From Chamaesiphon sp. (GTDB lineage Bacteria; Cyanobacteriota; Cyanobacteriia; Cyanobacteriales; Chamaesiphonaceae): a DNA stretch of 64,000 nucleotides. Where the stretch lies: NCBI GenBank assembly GCA_965246715.1, contig CBDFFH010000022.1:96001-160000 (forward strand), written 5' to 3'. Below, piece after piece: positions 44,834 to 53,682 of this stretch (position 1 is the stretch's first letter; each line of letters begins with the position of its first letter). The notes under the pieces are model-generated. The model was not told where the DNA came from. It made no database searches and worked only from the letters and a program-made list of their open reading frames with translations. A program made the translations under genes and the position numbers.

Positions 44834-45553
44834 ATGATAAATCCTAAAACTCAGTTATTTGCCATCACCACCGTTGCTACTGCCGTATTTAGCCTGGGTA
44901 TCTACAGTGTTGCTAATTCTCGATCGCCGATGGATATGAGTACCTCAATTGCCAAAGAGCAAGGGGGCATGAATCATGGCGGGATGAATCATGGCGAGAT
45001 GAATCATAACGGGATGATGAAACAGAGCGGCGGTATGACTCATAATATGGATGTTGGGCCTGCCGATGCTAACTACGATTTGCGCTTTGTGGATAGTATG
45101 ATTCCGCACCATCAAGGTGCTCTAGTCATGGCTCAAGAAGTACTTGCAAAATCTAAACGTCCCGAACTAATTAAACTAGCAAAAAGTATCATCTCCGACC
45201 AACAGCAAGAAATTACGCAGATGCAACAGTGGCGGAAACAATGGTATCCCCAATCATCAGATCTCCCAGTCATGTGGCATACCGCAATGAAGCACGAAAT
45301 GCCGATGACAGCGGAACATAAAGAAATGATGCAAATGAATATGTCACTAGGTAAAGCAGATGCCCAATTCGACAAAAGATTTCTCGATGCCATGATTCCT
45401 CATCATCAAGGAGCGGTAACTATGGCAAAAGATGCTCTCCAAAAATCTCAACGTCCCGAAATGCAGAAGTTTGCAAAAAGTGTCATCACCTCTCAACAGA
45501 AAGAGATCGACATGATGACTCAATGGCGTAATAAATGGTATGCAAAGAAATAA
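44834..45553 (+). CDS. DUF305 copper-binding protein (CopM-like)
   Basis: Signal peptide, MNHGG repeats, two MIPHHQGA domains. Confidence 0.9.
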   Translation: MINPKTQLFAITTVATAVFSLGIYSVANSRSPMDMSTSIAKEQGGMNHGGMNHGEMNHNGMMKQSGGMTHNMDVGPADANYDLRFVDSMIPHHQGALVMAQEVLAKSKRPELIKLAKSIISDQQQEITQMQQWRKQWYPQSSDLPVMWHTAMKHEMPMTAEHKEMMQMNMSLGKADAQFDKRFLDAMIPHHQGAVTMAKDALQKSQRPEMQKFAKSVITSQQKEIDMMTQWRNKWYAKK

Positions 45554-45600
45554 ATGTTTGGGTTGGCTCTAGCCGAGTTAGACTTACACTAATCTATCTA

Positions 45601-45871
45601 ACCTGAGTTCGGGATAAGAGGAGCCTGGAGACTGAAGTCTCGGCTCATGATGCGAAGTCCGCCTGTCTTGAAAAAGTGCGGTCTTGGGGAAAACCCAAGA
45701 CCGCACTTTTCGCTTCGCGGACTAAGATATTCAGTCCGCCTTCGCGGACTTCGCACTACTAGCACCGATTTGCGGTGCGCGCTCGTCGGGTTTCCCGACG
45801 TAAAAAGCGCAACAAGACACAATCGAGTGCGGTGCTAATGCGGAGCCAATATCCTTAAGCCGAACTGACGT
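45601..45871. mobile_element. MITE family A carrying two micro-element insertions
   Basis: ACCTGAGTTCGGGATAAG / CTTAAGCCGAACTGACGT; flanks TATCTA and TAGCTA. Confidence 0.85.
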
Positions 45872-45877
45872 TAGCTA

Positions 45878-46090
45878 ACGTCAGTTCGGCTTAAAGATGT
45901 CCACTTAATGACTCCTAGCTTCGTTTCTGAACCGCCCTCAAATGAATTAGTTGCTCATAGCAAAAGTTCTCTGAAGAGAACTGCCCAATTGATTAGTTCG
46001 TTGAAACGAACTTTTGCTATTAGCCCGAACTTATAGTTCAGGGCGGTGCTTGAACGGAGCAGATCGATTTTCCTTATCCCGAACTCACGT
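45878..46090. mobile_element. MITE family A
   Basis: TIRs present; TAGCTA on both sides; body similar to 17720-17979. Confidence 0.9.
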
Positions 46091-46141
46091 TAGCTAACAA
46101 GTTACTTTTGTTGAGTTTTTTTAAAACAAGATTATTGTAAA

Positions 46142-46169
46142 ATCCCGACTTCTTTAGAGAAGTCGGGAT
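46142..46169. terminator. hairpin downstream of galE
   Basis: ATCCCGACTTCT-TTAG-AGAAGTCGGGAT. Confidence 0.5.
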
Positions 46170-46203
46170 CTGTCGTTATACTAACTTAGTAGCGGCGATC
46201 GAT

Positions 46204-47220
46204 CTAGCTTTTCCCGATCGATTGTAAAACTGAATTCGAGTTGGAACTTAATTTTTTCTCCCAGTCTAAAGCCGTCCGCACGATGAGATCGAGGTTATTA
46301 TATCGAGGTTGCCAATTGAGTACTTTGGTAATGCGATCGGCCGCAGAAATTACACAAGCAGGGTCGCCAGCGCGGCGTTCGGCTTCGATAACGGTAAAAT
46401 CTACTCCAGAGATTTCTTTGACTTTTTCGATGACTTCGCGAACGCTGTAGCCCTGTCCGTAGCCACAATTTAAAATCTGACTCGGACTGTCGCTATTGAG
46501 ATAAGCTAATGCGTCAACGTGCGCCCTAGCGAGGTCGTCAACATGGATGTAATCCCTAATCCCCGTCCCATCTGGAGTATCGAAATCAGTCCCAAAGATA
46601 CTTACATCCAGACGGCGACCTAAAGCTGCATCGCAAGCAACTTTGATCAGGTGACTGGCTTTTTTGCCCGATTGTCCCAGCTTACCGCTAACTTCAGCAC
46701 CAGCCACATTAAAGTAGCGCAGAATTACATATCTCAGATTCGAGGCTACGGCATAATCGCGAATCAAGCGCTCGCTCATCAGCTTGGAACTGCCATAAGG
46801 ATTGAGCGGCTGGGGTACGGTTTCTTCGGTAATTGGATTAGTTTCTGGTTGCCCATAGACAGCCGCAGTACTGGAGAAGATTAGTTTATTGACTTCAAAT
46901 TCCTGACAGCAATGCAGTAGGTTGAGCGTATTAGCAGTGTTGTTGCTATAGTAAGCTAGCGGTTGCACGATCGAGTCTGGGACAGAAATACTTGCCGCAA
47001 AGTGCAATACTGCATCAAAATTATGTTCGGCAAAGACGCGCGCTAACTGCGATCGATCGGCTAGATCGCCTAAAACTAGCTTCCCATAAGTTAGATTGCT
47101 AGTAATTCCCGTCGATAAATTGTCATATACAACAATCTCATAACCAGCTTCACCCAATTGTTTAAGCGTGTGCGAACCGATGTAACCAGCACCGCCAGTA
47201 ACTAAGATTTGTTTGTTCAT
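46204..47220 (-). CDS. galE: UDP-glucose 4-epimerase
   Basis: GGAGYIGSH, YGSSK, LRYFNVAGA, RDYIHV. Confidence 0.96.
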   Translation of the reverse strand: MNKQILVTGGAGYIGSHTLKQLGEAGYEIVVYDNLSTGITSNLTYGKLVLGDLADRSQLARVFAEHNFDAVLHFAASISVPDSIVQPLAYYSNNTANTLNLLHCCQEFEVNKLIFSSTAAVYGQPETNPITEETVPQPLNPYGSSKLMSERLIRDYAVASNLRYVILRYFNVAGAEVSGKLGQSGKKASHLIKVACDAALGRRLDVSIFGTDFDTPDGTGIRDYIHVDDLARAHVDALAYLNSDSPSQILNCGYGQGYSVREVIEKVKEISGVDFTVIEAERRAGDPACVISAADRITKVLNWQPRYNNLDLIVRTALDWEKKLSSNSNSVLQSIGKS

Positions 47221-47557
47221 TTGGTTCCCAATCTTGTATGATATTTATAGATTTTGACTAACCAACTTTCTCAAATTCCCGATCGGATGTTACTGCGGTC
47301 GAGGCCAAACTATCAAAGTGTCCTGTATGATTACAGCTGACTTCCTTTAGCAATAATTGTAAGAAAGAATGTGTCAGTTTATTATGCCCATTAATATCAG
47401 TACGATCTAAGTAAATAATTATACTATCGATTTAACCATTCACAAGGGGATGTTGCAGCGATCGAGATCGTTGTCAATTTGCAGTATTTAGTTACTAATT
47501 TTACTAGCGATGGACACGCTCAAACCCAATTTCGCAGCGAGTGCGTGTCATAGTCGC

Positions 47558-48010
47558 TTATTTCCAGCGTTTAGCTAACAGTTGTTCTTCTAGCGCAGCG
47601 ATCCGATTATAAGCAGCAGTCAATTGTGCGGTCAATCTTTGGATTTGGATCTGTGGCGATAAATCTTGCCGCTCGATCTGATGGTGCCCGATCTCCATCC
47701 CGCTGCTATCGATGAGAACATCTTGTTGGGAGACAATCCACTCAGATGTATCCTGACGATAGCTCGAACCACCAGGAAGATCGGCATATCCACTATTGCG
47801 ATACTTGCTGCCAGCTTGCCGCAGGCGTTGAATATCATCACGATCGAGCAATCGAGAGGGAGCCAAGCCTCCATTTTGATGCATGGCTCCCTCTCGATTG
47901 CTCGGTTGAGGTTCTAGCTGCGAGAGATGGTCGTGTAAGCGATCGATTACTTGATAAATCCGATCGACTTTTTGGGTCAGGGTTGTAATCTGTTGTTGGA
48001 TTGATTCCAT
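47558..48010 (-). CDS. conserved cyanobacterial coiled-coil hypothetical protein
   Basis: C-terminal QIQRLTAQLTAAYNRIAALEEQLL. Confidence 0.75.
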   Translation of the reverse strand: MESIQQQITTLTQKVDRIYQVIDRLHDHLSQLEPQPSNREGAMHQNGGLAPSRLLDRDDIQRLRQAGSKYRNSGYADLPGGSSYRQDTSEWIVSQQDVLIDSSGMEIGHHQIERQDLSPQIQIQRLTAQLTAAYNRIAALEEQLLAKRWK

Positions 48011-48281
48011 CTTTTTCCCTAAAATAACTTATCCCGATCGTAAGGAATAGATCGATATTTGTTGATATATTGCTGAATTATTTAACTTTTGCAAATAATT
48101 GTGATGTTAATTATTAATTAATTATGGAGAAATTAGCCACTCCCAGCTCGTAGTCATTACAGAATTTAATTGCGATCTTCGTTGATGAGATGTTGCTCGA
48201 TCGAGAAATGACTCAGAGGGAGATAGCGCTTACTTCTGCCGACATTTTTTTTATACCTGGACTCAGCAACGCCAATTATGA

Positions 48282-48917
48282 CTAAGGTGCCAATCGATCG
48301 ATCTGCCATTCCCCAGCAACTAATTGATAGCGTAATCTGTCGTGGAGCCGACTGGGACGACCTTGCCAAAACTCGATTTTCTGCGGAATGACGCGCACGC
48401 CGCCCCAATGTGAGGGTTTGGGAATTTCTCGATCGTGATATTCGGTTGCTAATGCTTGGAGCTTGGTTTCTAGCACGGAGCGATCGGGAATAATCGAACT
48501 TTGCTCGGAAGCCCACGCTCCCAGTTGACTGCTGGCTGGGCGGCTGTGAAAGTATTCTGTGGCCTCTGATTCGGCGACTAGCTCGATTTTGCCCTCGATC
48601 CGCACTTGACGTTCTAAATCGCCCCACAGAAACACCAGCGCGGCATGGGGACAAGCTTGGAGTTCGAGACCTTTTTGGCTGTTGTAGTTGGTATAAAAGA
48701 CAAATCCACGCGCGTCAAATTGCTTCAGCAAAACAATCCGCGCTGAGGGTTTGCCCTCAGCTGTCACGGTTGCGACTGTCATCGCATTGGGTTCTAATAA
48801 ATTGGCCGCCACAGCTTGCTCGAACCATAAACTAAATTGCTCGATCGGATTGGCGACAACATCTGTCTCTAGTAGTCCAGCTTGAGTATAATTTTTGCGG
48901 AGGTCAGAGACTTTCAT
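48282..48917 (-). CDS. pdxH: pyridoxamine 5'-phosphate oxidase
   Basis: ARIVLLK, FYTNYNSQKG, EFWQGRPSRLHDR; start taken at MKVSDLRK. Confidence 0.96.
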   Translation of the reverse strand: MKVSDLRKNYTQAGLLETDVVANPIEQFSLWFEQAVAANLLEPNAMTVATVTAEGKPSARIVLLKQFDARGFVFYTNYNSQKGLELQACPHAALVFLWGDLERQVRIEGKIELVAESEATEYFHSRPASSQLGAWASEQSSIIPDRSVLETKLQALATEYHDREIPKPSHWGGVRVIPQKIEFWQGRPSRLHDRLRYQLVAGEWQIDRLAP

Positions 48918-49015
48918 TGAGGGAATAGGAGTTAGGGGTTGGCAATGAAGAAGGAGAGATCCTCCATTTACCATAACTAATTAACGGCGTTGCTGAATTA
49001 TGGTATGAACTGCCC

Positions 49016-49405
49016 CTTGTATCCCAAAGGAAGGTCAAAGAGTAAAATCTGCGATCGCTTGTCAACAGCAAAAGGCAAAGGGAAATTCGGATTGCCCCTA
49101 GGGACACTAAGCCCGTTAGTGTAGATCGAATCACCTGAGTCTAGACAGTGGTACCAGTCAAAACTGGACAGTATCAGCGGTCGCCAGCTCGTCGATCGGG
49201 TAAACCTGCATTTAATAAGGATAGTTTATCGCCACTAATTGCGGTTGAAGTGGTTCTTTAGCACACAGAAACTAGAGATGAGTAGTTCAAACCAAGAGTT
49301 AGATATACTCGGCATCGACATTCGCAAAGCCAAATTTGCGACCAAAATCGCGCTAAGGTCTTCTCAGCGTGCGTTTTGCTCAAGACGACGTAGCTTTGCT
49401 CTCCA
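49016..49405 (+). mobile_element. IS110-family left end plus truncated transposase
   Basis: CT core + TGTAT junction; ATG at 49278 gives MSSSNQELDILGIDIRKAKF|DVALL after removing 49338-49386. Confidence 0.8.
49050..49240 (+). ncRNA. putative IS110 bridge RNA
   Basis: Guide-like ATTGCCCCT (49091-49099) and GTGTAG (49119-49124); donor guide ACAGTATC (49168-49175) and AATAAG (49214-49219) within an AAACTG/TAGTTT stem; ends approximate. Confidence 0.7.
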
Positions 49406-49445
49406 GATACTCCCAGCACGTCCAAATCTCGAAACTCCTAAACCA

Positions 49446-50267
49446 ATGCCTACAAACCCAATTGTCACCGCTGCATGGCTTCACGATCGATTATGCGATC
49501 CTACCGTTGCACTAGCAATCATAGATTGTCGATTTGCACTGGCAGATCCGGATCTCGGGCGACAGCAGTATGCAGCCGCCCACATTCCCGGCGCACACTA
49601 CATGGACTTAAATCGCGATCTGTCTAGTCCCGTCCGCGAACATGGCGGTAGACACCCATTGCCTGACGCTCGGGTCTTCGGGGACAAATTAGCCGCGATC
49701 GGGATTAACGATCGAACATTAGTTATCGCTTACGATGATTCGCGCTTTGCCTTTGCCGCACGCTTGTGGTGGTTGTTGCGTTATTACGGACACGATCGCG
49801 TGGCGGTATTAGATGGTGGTTATGACAATTGGGCAAAAGCGGGTTATTCGGTGACTGCGGAGCTGCCAGCACCAGCCGAACGCGGCAATTTTCAGCCCCA
49901 ACCTCAGCCAGCGCGAATCGTTGATATCGCCGCAGTCAAATCGCTCCTGCATTCATCAGCGCATGTGCTGGTAGACTCCCGGGAACCCGATCGCTATTTA
50001 GGTAACACCGAACCGATCGATCCCCGTGCCGGACATATCCCCAGCGCGGTCAATTATCCCTGGCAAGCTGTTTCTACACCAGATGGATTCGTGTTACCTG
50101 TCGATCGACACCGCGAGCGGTGGGCGACAATTTCGCCAGATGTGGAACCGATCGTCTATTGCGGTTCGGGCGTGACAGCTTGTGTCAATCTCTTATCGCT
50201 AGAACTTGCTGGCATCACGCGATCGAAGCTCTATCCTGGGAGTTGGAGTGACTGGTGTTCTTATTAG
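49446..50267 (+). CDS. sulfurtransferase (SseA / tandem rhodanese)
   Basis: HIPGA, GRHPLP, YCGSGVTAC, YPGSWSDW. Confidence 0.93.
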   Translation: MPTNPIVTAAWLHDRLCDPTVALAIIDCRFALADPDLGRQQYAAAHIPGAHYMDLNRDLSSPVREHGGRHPLPDARVFGDKLAAIGINDRTLVIAYDDSRFAFAARLWWLLRYYGHDRVAVLDGGYDNWAKAGYSVTAELPAPAERGNFQPQPQPARIVDIAAVKSLLHSSAHVLVDSREPDRYLGNTEPIDPRAGHIPSAVNYPWQAVSTPDGFVLPVDRHRERWATISPDVEPIVYCGSGVTACVNLLSLELAGITRSKLYPGSWSDWCSY

Positions 50268-50270
50268 AGC

Positions 50271-50451
50271 GCCCAAGTTGCTACCTATAAGCAAAGCGGT
50301 TAGAAACCGCTCCTCGGAATGCAAAGTCCGGTTGTTGCCGCTCGCGGCAAAAGCCTGCCTACGCGGACTAACTATCTAGTCCGCGTAGGCGGACTTTGCA
50401 GCATTAGCCGCGACTTCAGTCGCAGGCATTATATAAGGTAGCAACTTAGGT
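50271..50451. mobile_element. MITE family C
   Basis: CCCAAGTTGCTACC / GGTAGCAACTTAGGT; similar to 58376-58554 in inverted orientation. Confidence 0.8.
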
Positions 50452-50492
50452 TACATATACACTAATCGATCGGATTTAGCGTGCAGCTAAAA

Positions 50493-51341
50493 TCACACCA
50501 TTTTCTTGAGGAACGTTTTCAGATTACTGAGAAATGTAGTAGAAACAGGGCGCTGTTTAGAGTCGAGATCGATGGATGGCAAGATTAGTGCCGAGTCGCT
50601 CGGTTGGAGTGGCTGAGGCGGAATTTCACGGATCGTCCCAAAAACACTCAATCGAAAGCTGATTTGACGAACGATCTCGATCGATAGCGCCATTTTTAAT
50701 GCCAATTTAACTAATGGTGTTTTGCCATCAGCTAACTTCCATAACTCTAACTCATGGCGATTGAGTTCAAAATTAGGTTGCTGCGAATTGCATCGTTGAA
50801 TTGCATAATGTGGGTCGGGCAACTTGGCACTCAATCCGCTCCAATCCTTCAGTAATCTAAGGGACAATAATCCTAAATCCTGGGCGGAGGCGCTGATGCC
50901 AGTCAGCTCGGAATTAATTGGCGAGCGACCGGGATCGAACTGAAATCGGCTATTCTTGAGTTCAAATAGTCGATGGATTGGTGAGATTGTTTGAGAATTA
51001 AACAAAAACTTAAGCTCTGCGGCATCTAGCAATCCTTGCGACTTCAAATAAATACCTAGTGGTTGCGGTAAACGATCGAGGATGGTTGTCACTGGATAAA
51101 TTTCAGCTTGGGACATTAATTTCCGCCGCTCGATCTTCGTCAATAGTTCGCTACCGTCTATTCCAGAAGTAACAGCCACAATCCGACCGCTTTCAAACCA
51201 TAAATAATCGTGGTTATTACTGGGAACTGTAGCTAAATTTCGATCGGGAGAAAGTGTGAGTAATCCAGTCCGATTGCCTTCATAAATAAAGCTAAAAATT
51301 TCTGCCAAGGAATATTCTGATAAATACCCAGAAAATTTCAT
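50493..51341 (-). CDS. stand-alone DUF4388/PATAN-domain protein
   Basis: GYLSEYSLAEIF..RTGLL..WFESGRIVA; paralog of 52051-52923. Confidence 0.85.
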   Translation of the reverse strand: MKFSGYLSEYSLAEIFSFIYEGNRTGLLTLSPDRNLATVPSNNHDYLWFESGRIVAVTSGIDGSELLTKIERRKLMSQAEIYPVTTILDRLPQPLGIYLKSQGLLDAAELKFLFNSQTISPIHRLFELKNSRFQFDPGRSPINSELTGISASAQDLGLLSLRLLKDWSGLSAKLPDPHYAIQRCNSQQPNFELNRHELELWKLADGKTPLVKLALKMALSIEIVRQISFRLSVFGTIREIPPQPLQPSDSALILPSIDLDSKQRPVSTTFLSNLKTFLKKMV

Positions 51342-51374
51342 ACTGCTAACTGTAAGATTCTTAGATATTAATAA

Positions 51375-51935
51375 CTAACAAATAATTGCTACTTCTTCAA
51401 CATTAGTATTTGCCATATAATGCTCTACGAGCGCGACCAATGCATCGATGACAGATTCTTCTTCATCGGCATTTACCGACACGATCGGTGGACGCTGAGC
51501 GCTTTCTTGATAGCCTAATGCTAAGGCGATATCTTCATTTCCCCAAGCTCCTTCACAATCACCGTGAGTAATACCGATAATCATCGGAACGTGCGAGCGC
51601 TGATTCATGAAATTCATAATTCGACGTGCGTGATGAAATTCGCCCGGTCGATGTGCTGCAATTAGTAACACATAAGCATGAGCGCGCTCGATCAAAATTT
51701 CCCACATAAAATCGAACCGAATCTGACCGGGAGTGCCATAGATATGTAATGCCATATCTTCGCCAAATTGGAGCGTCCCAAAATCCATCGATACAGTAGT
51801 ATTTTGCTTCATACCTGCCACCTCATCAGTGGCTTTGCGATCGGTATCGACAACTTCAATCTCACTGGCAGAGCGAATAAATGTACTTTTTCCCGCCCCT
51901 ACCGTTCCCGTAACCACTAAACGCATAATTTCCAT
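51375..51935 (-). CDS. MglA/CvnD-type small GTPase
   Basis: GTVGAGKST, TTVSMDFG, YGTPGQ.RF.FMW, THGD. Confidence 0.9.
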   Translation of the reverse strand: MEIMRLVVTGTVGAGKSTFIRSASEIEVVDTDRKATDEVAGMKQNTTVSMDFGTLQFGEDMALHIYGTPGQIRFDFMWEILIERAHAYVLLIAAHRPGEFHHARRIMNFMNQRSHVPMIIGITHGDCEGAWGNEDIALALGYQESAQRPPIVSVNADEEESVIDALVALVEHYMANTNVEEVAIIC

Positions 51936-52050
51936 ATTTTATCGATCCTATTGTGCGGAAAATCAATGAAATTGTTGAGACAGAGATAGAGCTGGTGGTT
52001 ACAAACTTATCTTGCAAATTGGCAGAATAATTAATACTATGTATAGCAAT

Positions 52051-52923
52051 TTAGTTAGTTGCTGAAGTTGAAGACTTCTTGGTTCCTTTTTTAAGAAAAT
52101 TCTTTAGATTGCCCAAGAAAGAAGTAGATATGGGTGAATTTTTAAATCCAGGTTCTAAGACTGGTACTGCTATTTCCGCACTCACTGACTGCATTGGCTC
52201 GGTCGGTATTTCTCGAATCAATCTAAACGAACTCAAACAAAAGCTAATCTGTTGGACGGATTCGATCGGTAGATCCATTTGGAGTGCTAATTGTGATAAA
52301 GGTGTCTCGCCATCAGCTAATTTCCATAACTGTAATTCTTGGCGAACGAGTCTAAACTCTGGTTGTTGTGCAGAGTGCTTTTGGATGGCATAATCGGGAT
52401 TGGGTAACTTGGTAGTCAATCCGCTCCAATCTTTCAATACGCGCAATCCCAACATGCCCATTTCTTGAGCGGTGAGACTGATGCCAGTCAATTCAGAATT
52501 TATTGGTAATCTAGTTGAATCGAAATGAAACTGTCTATTCTTAATTGCAAACAGTTTTTGTACGGTCGCGATCGTTTGAGCATTAAATAATAATTTAAGC
52601 TGCTCGGCATCCAAAAAACCCCGAGATTTGAGATGAATCCCCAGTGGTTGTTTGATTTGCTGAATCTGCGTTTCCAATAGTTCGACAAATTTTGGCGTGA
52701 TAAACTTGCGTTGACCGATGGTCGTTAGCAGTCCTTTTCCGTCTAGTCTAGAGGTGACAGCTACAACCCGACCACCAACAAACCATACATAGCGTGGCTC
52801 ATTCGGCGCGGTAATTTCGTTTGGATCTGGGGATAGTTCCAATAAGCCACTGCGACTTCCTTCATGAACGAAATTAAAAATTTCTGCCAATGAATATTCT
52901 GACAAATATCCGGCAAGTGCCAT
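52051..52923 (-). CDS. stand-alone DUF4388/PATAN-domain protein
   Basis: GYLSEYSLAEIF..RSGLL..WFVGGRVVA. Confidence 0.85.
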   Translation of the reverse strand: MALAGYLSEYSLAEIFNFVHEGSRSGLLELSPDPNEITAPNEPRYVWFVGGRVVAVTSRLDGKGLLTTIGQRKFITPKFVELLETQIQQIKQPLGIHLKSRGFLDAEQLKLLFNAQTIATVQKLFAIKNRQFHFDSTRLPINSELTGISLTAQEMGMLGLRVLKDWSGLTTKLPNPDYAIQKHSAQQPEFRLVRQELQLWKLADGETPLSQLALQMDLPIESVQQISFCLSSFRLIREIPTEPMQSVSAEIAVPVLEPGFKNSPISTSFLGNLKNFLKKGTKKSSTSATN

Positions 52924-53257
52924 CTAGCCCTCCAAAATAATAAATAAGCTTAAATCTACTCTTTAGCTCGAACGATACTCGATCTGTAGCAATCGCCAAG
53001 AAGCTTAGGATGAGTAGAGACGCTCCAATAAAACGTCTCTACCGAATCGATTTGCGATTCATTGCTAGCAATATAAAATCTAGATCGGACGCGAACAAAT
53101 ATTAAAACTAAAGCGGCAAAGCTTGCCAGAAAAGTTCGATAAAAGTCAACATGGATAGTCGATCGACCCATTAAAAATCACAGATCTATCGACTATCGAT
53201 CGCTATCTAGCACATCATGCATCCATTTTAGAAAGTCCCAAGGATGGGTCAACTAAT

Positions 53258-53623
53258 TTAATTTAATGCAGCTTTGATTTCGTTAACGGTACGTTTGATG
53301 TCTAACATCAACAAACCTTGCTTCGCTGAATGACTAGCCAAGACTAGTAAGACGGCATCGTCGCCACAACCCATGAGGATACCGTAGCCATCATCACCTT
53401 CAACCATGACTTTCTCGACGTTACCGCGTGCTAATTCTTTACCGATTCTCTCGCCAAGGGAGAGCATCGCCGCAGACATCGCCGAAGTCCGTTCTTCATC
53501 CATAGTACCTGGGAGACTAGAGGCTAAAGGTAAGCCATCGGGTGATACCAATGCTGCACCTTGGACATCAGAAGTACCCGAAACAAAGCTCTGTAAAATT
53601 CCACCAATTGCACTGACACCCAT
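53258..53623 (-). CDS. roadblock/LC7 (MglB-type) protein
   Basis: AALVSPDGLPLAS..SAMSAAMLSLG. Confidence 0.92.
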   Translation of the reverse strand: MGVSAIGGILQSFVSGTSDVQGAALVSPDGLPLASSLPGTMDEERTSAMSAAMLSLGERIGKELARGNVEKVMVEGDDGYGILMGCGDDAVLLVLASHSAKQGLLMLDIKRTVNEIKAALN

Positions 53624-53682
53624 AATTTCCTCGCTGTGATTAATTTAGATAAGTTAGTAATGAAGTTGAAATCGATCGAGAT

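Noticed and set aside
45598..46090. Possible CRISPR array, or small ORFs in palindromic repeat regions (also 7045, 17750, 55504, 56614, 59754)
   Set aside because: No regularly spaced identical repeats with unique spacers and no cas genes; the ORFs lie within MITEs
49239..49445. 69-aa N-terminal extension of the sulfurtransferase ORF
   Set aside because: It is IS110 remnant plus micro-element sequence that happens to be in frame; the rhodanese domain starts at 49446
52956..53171. 71-aa ORF inside the GTPase module
   Set aside because: No recognisable motif or ribosome-binding site; may be spurious, though a small gene cannot be excluded
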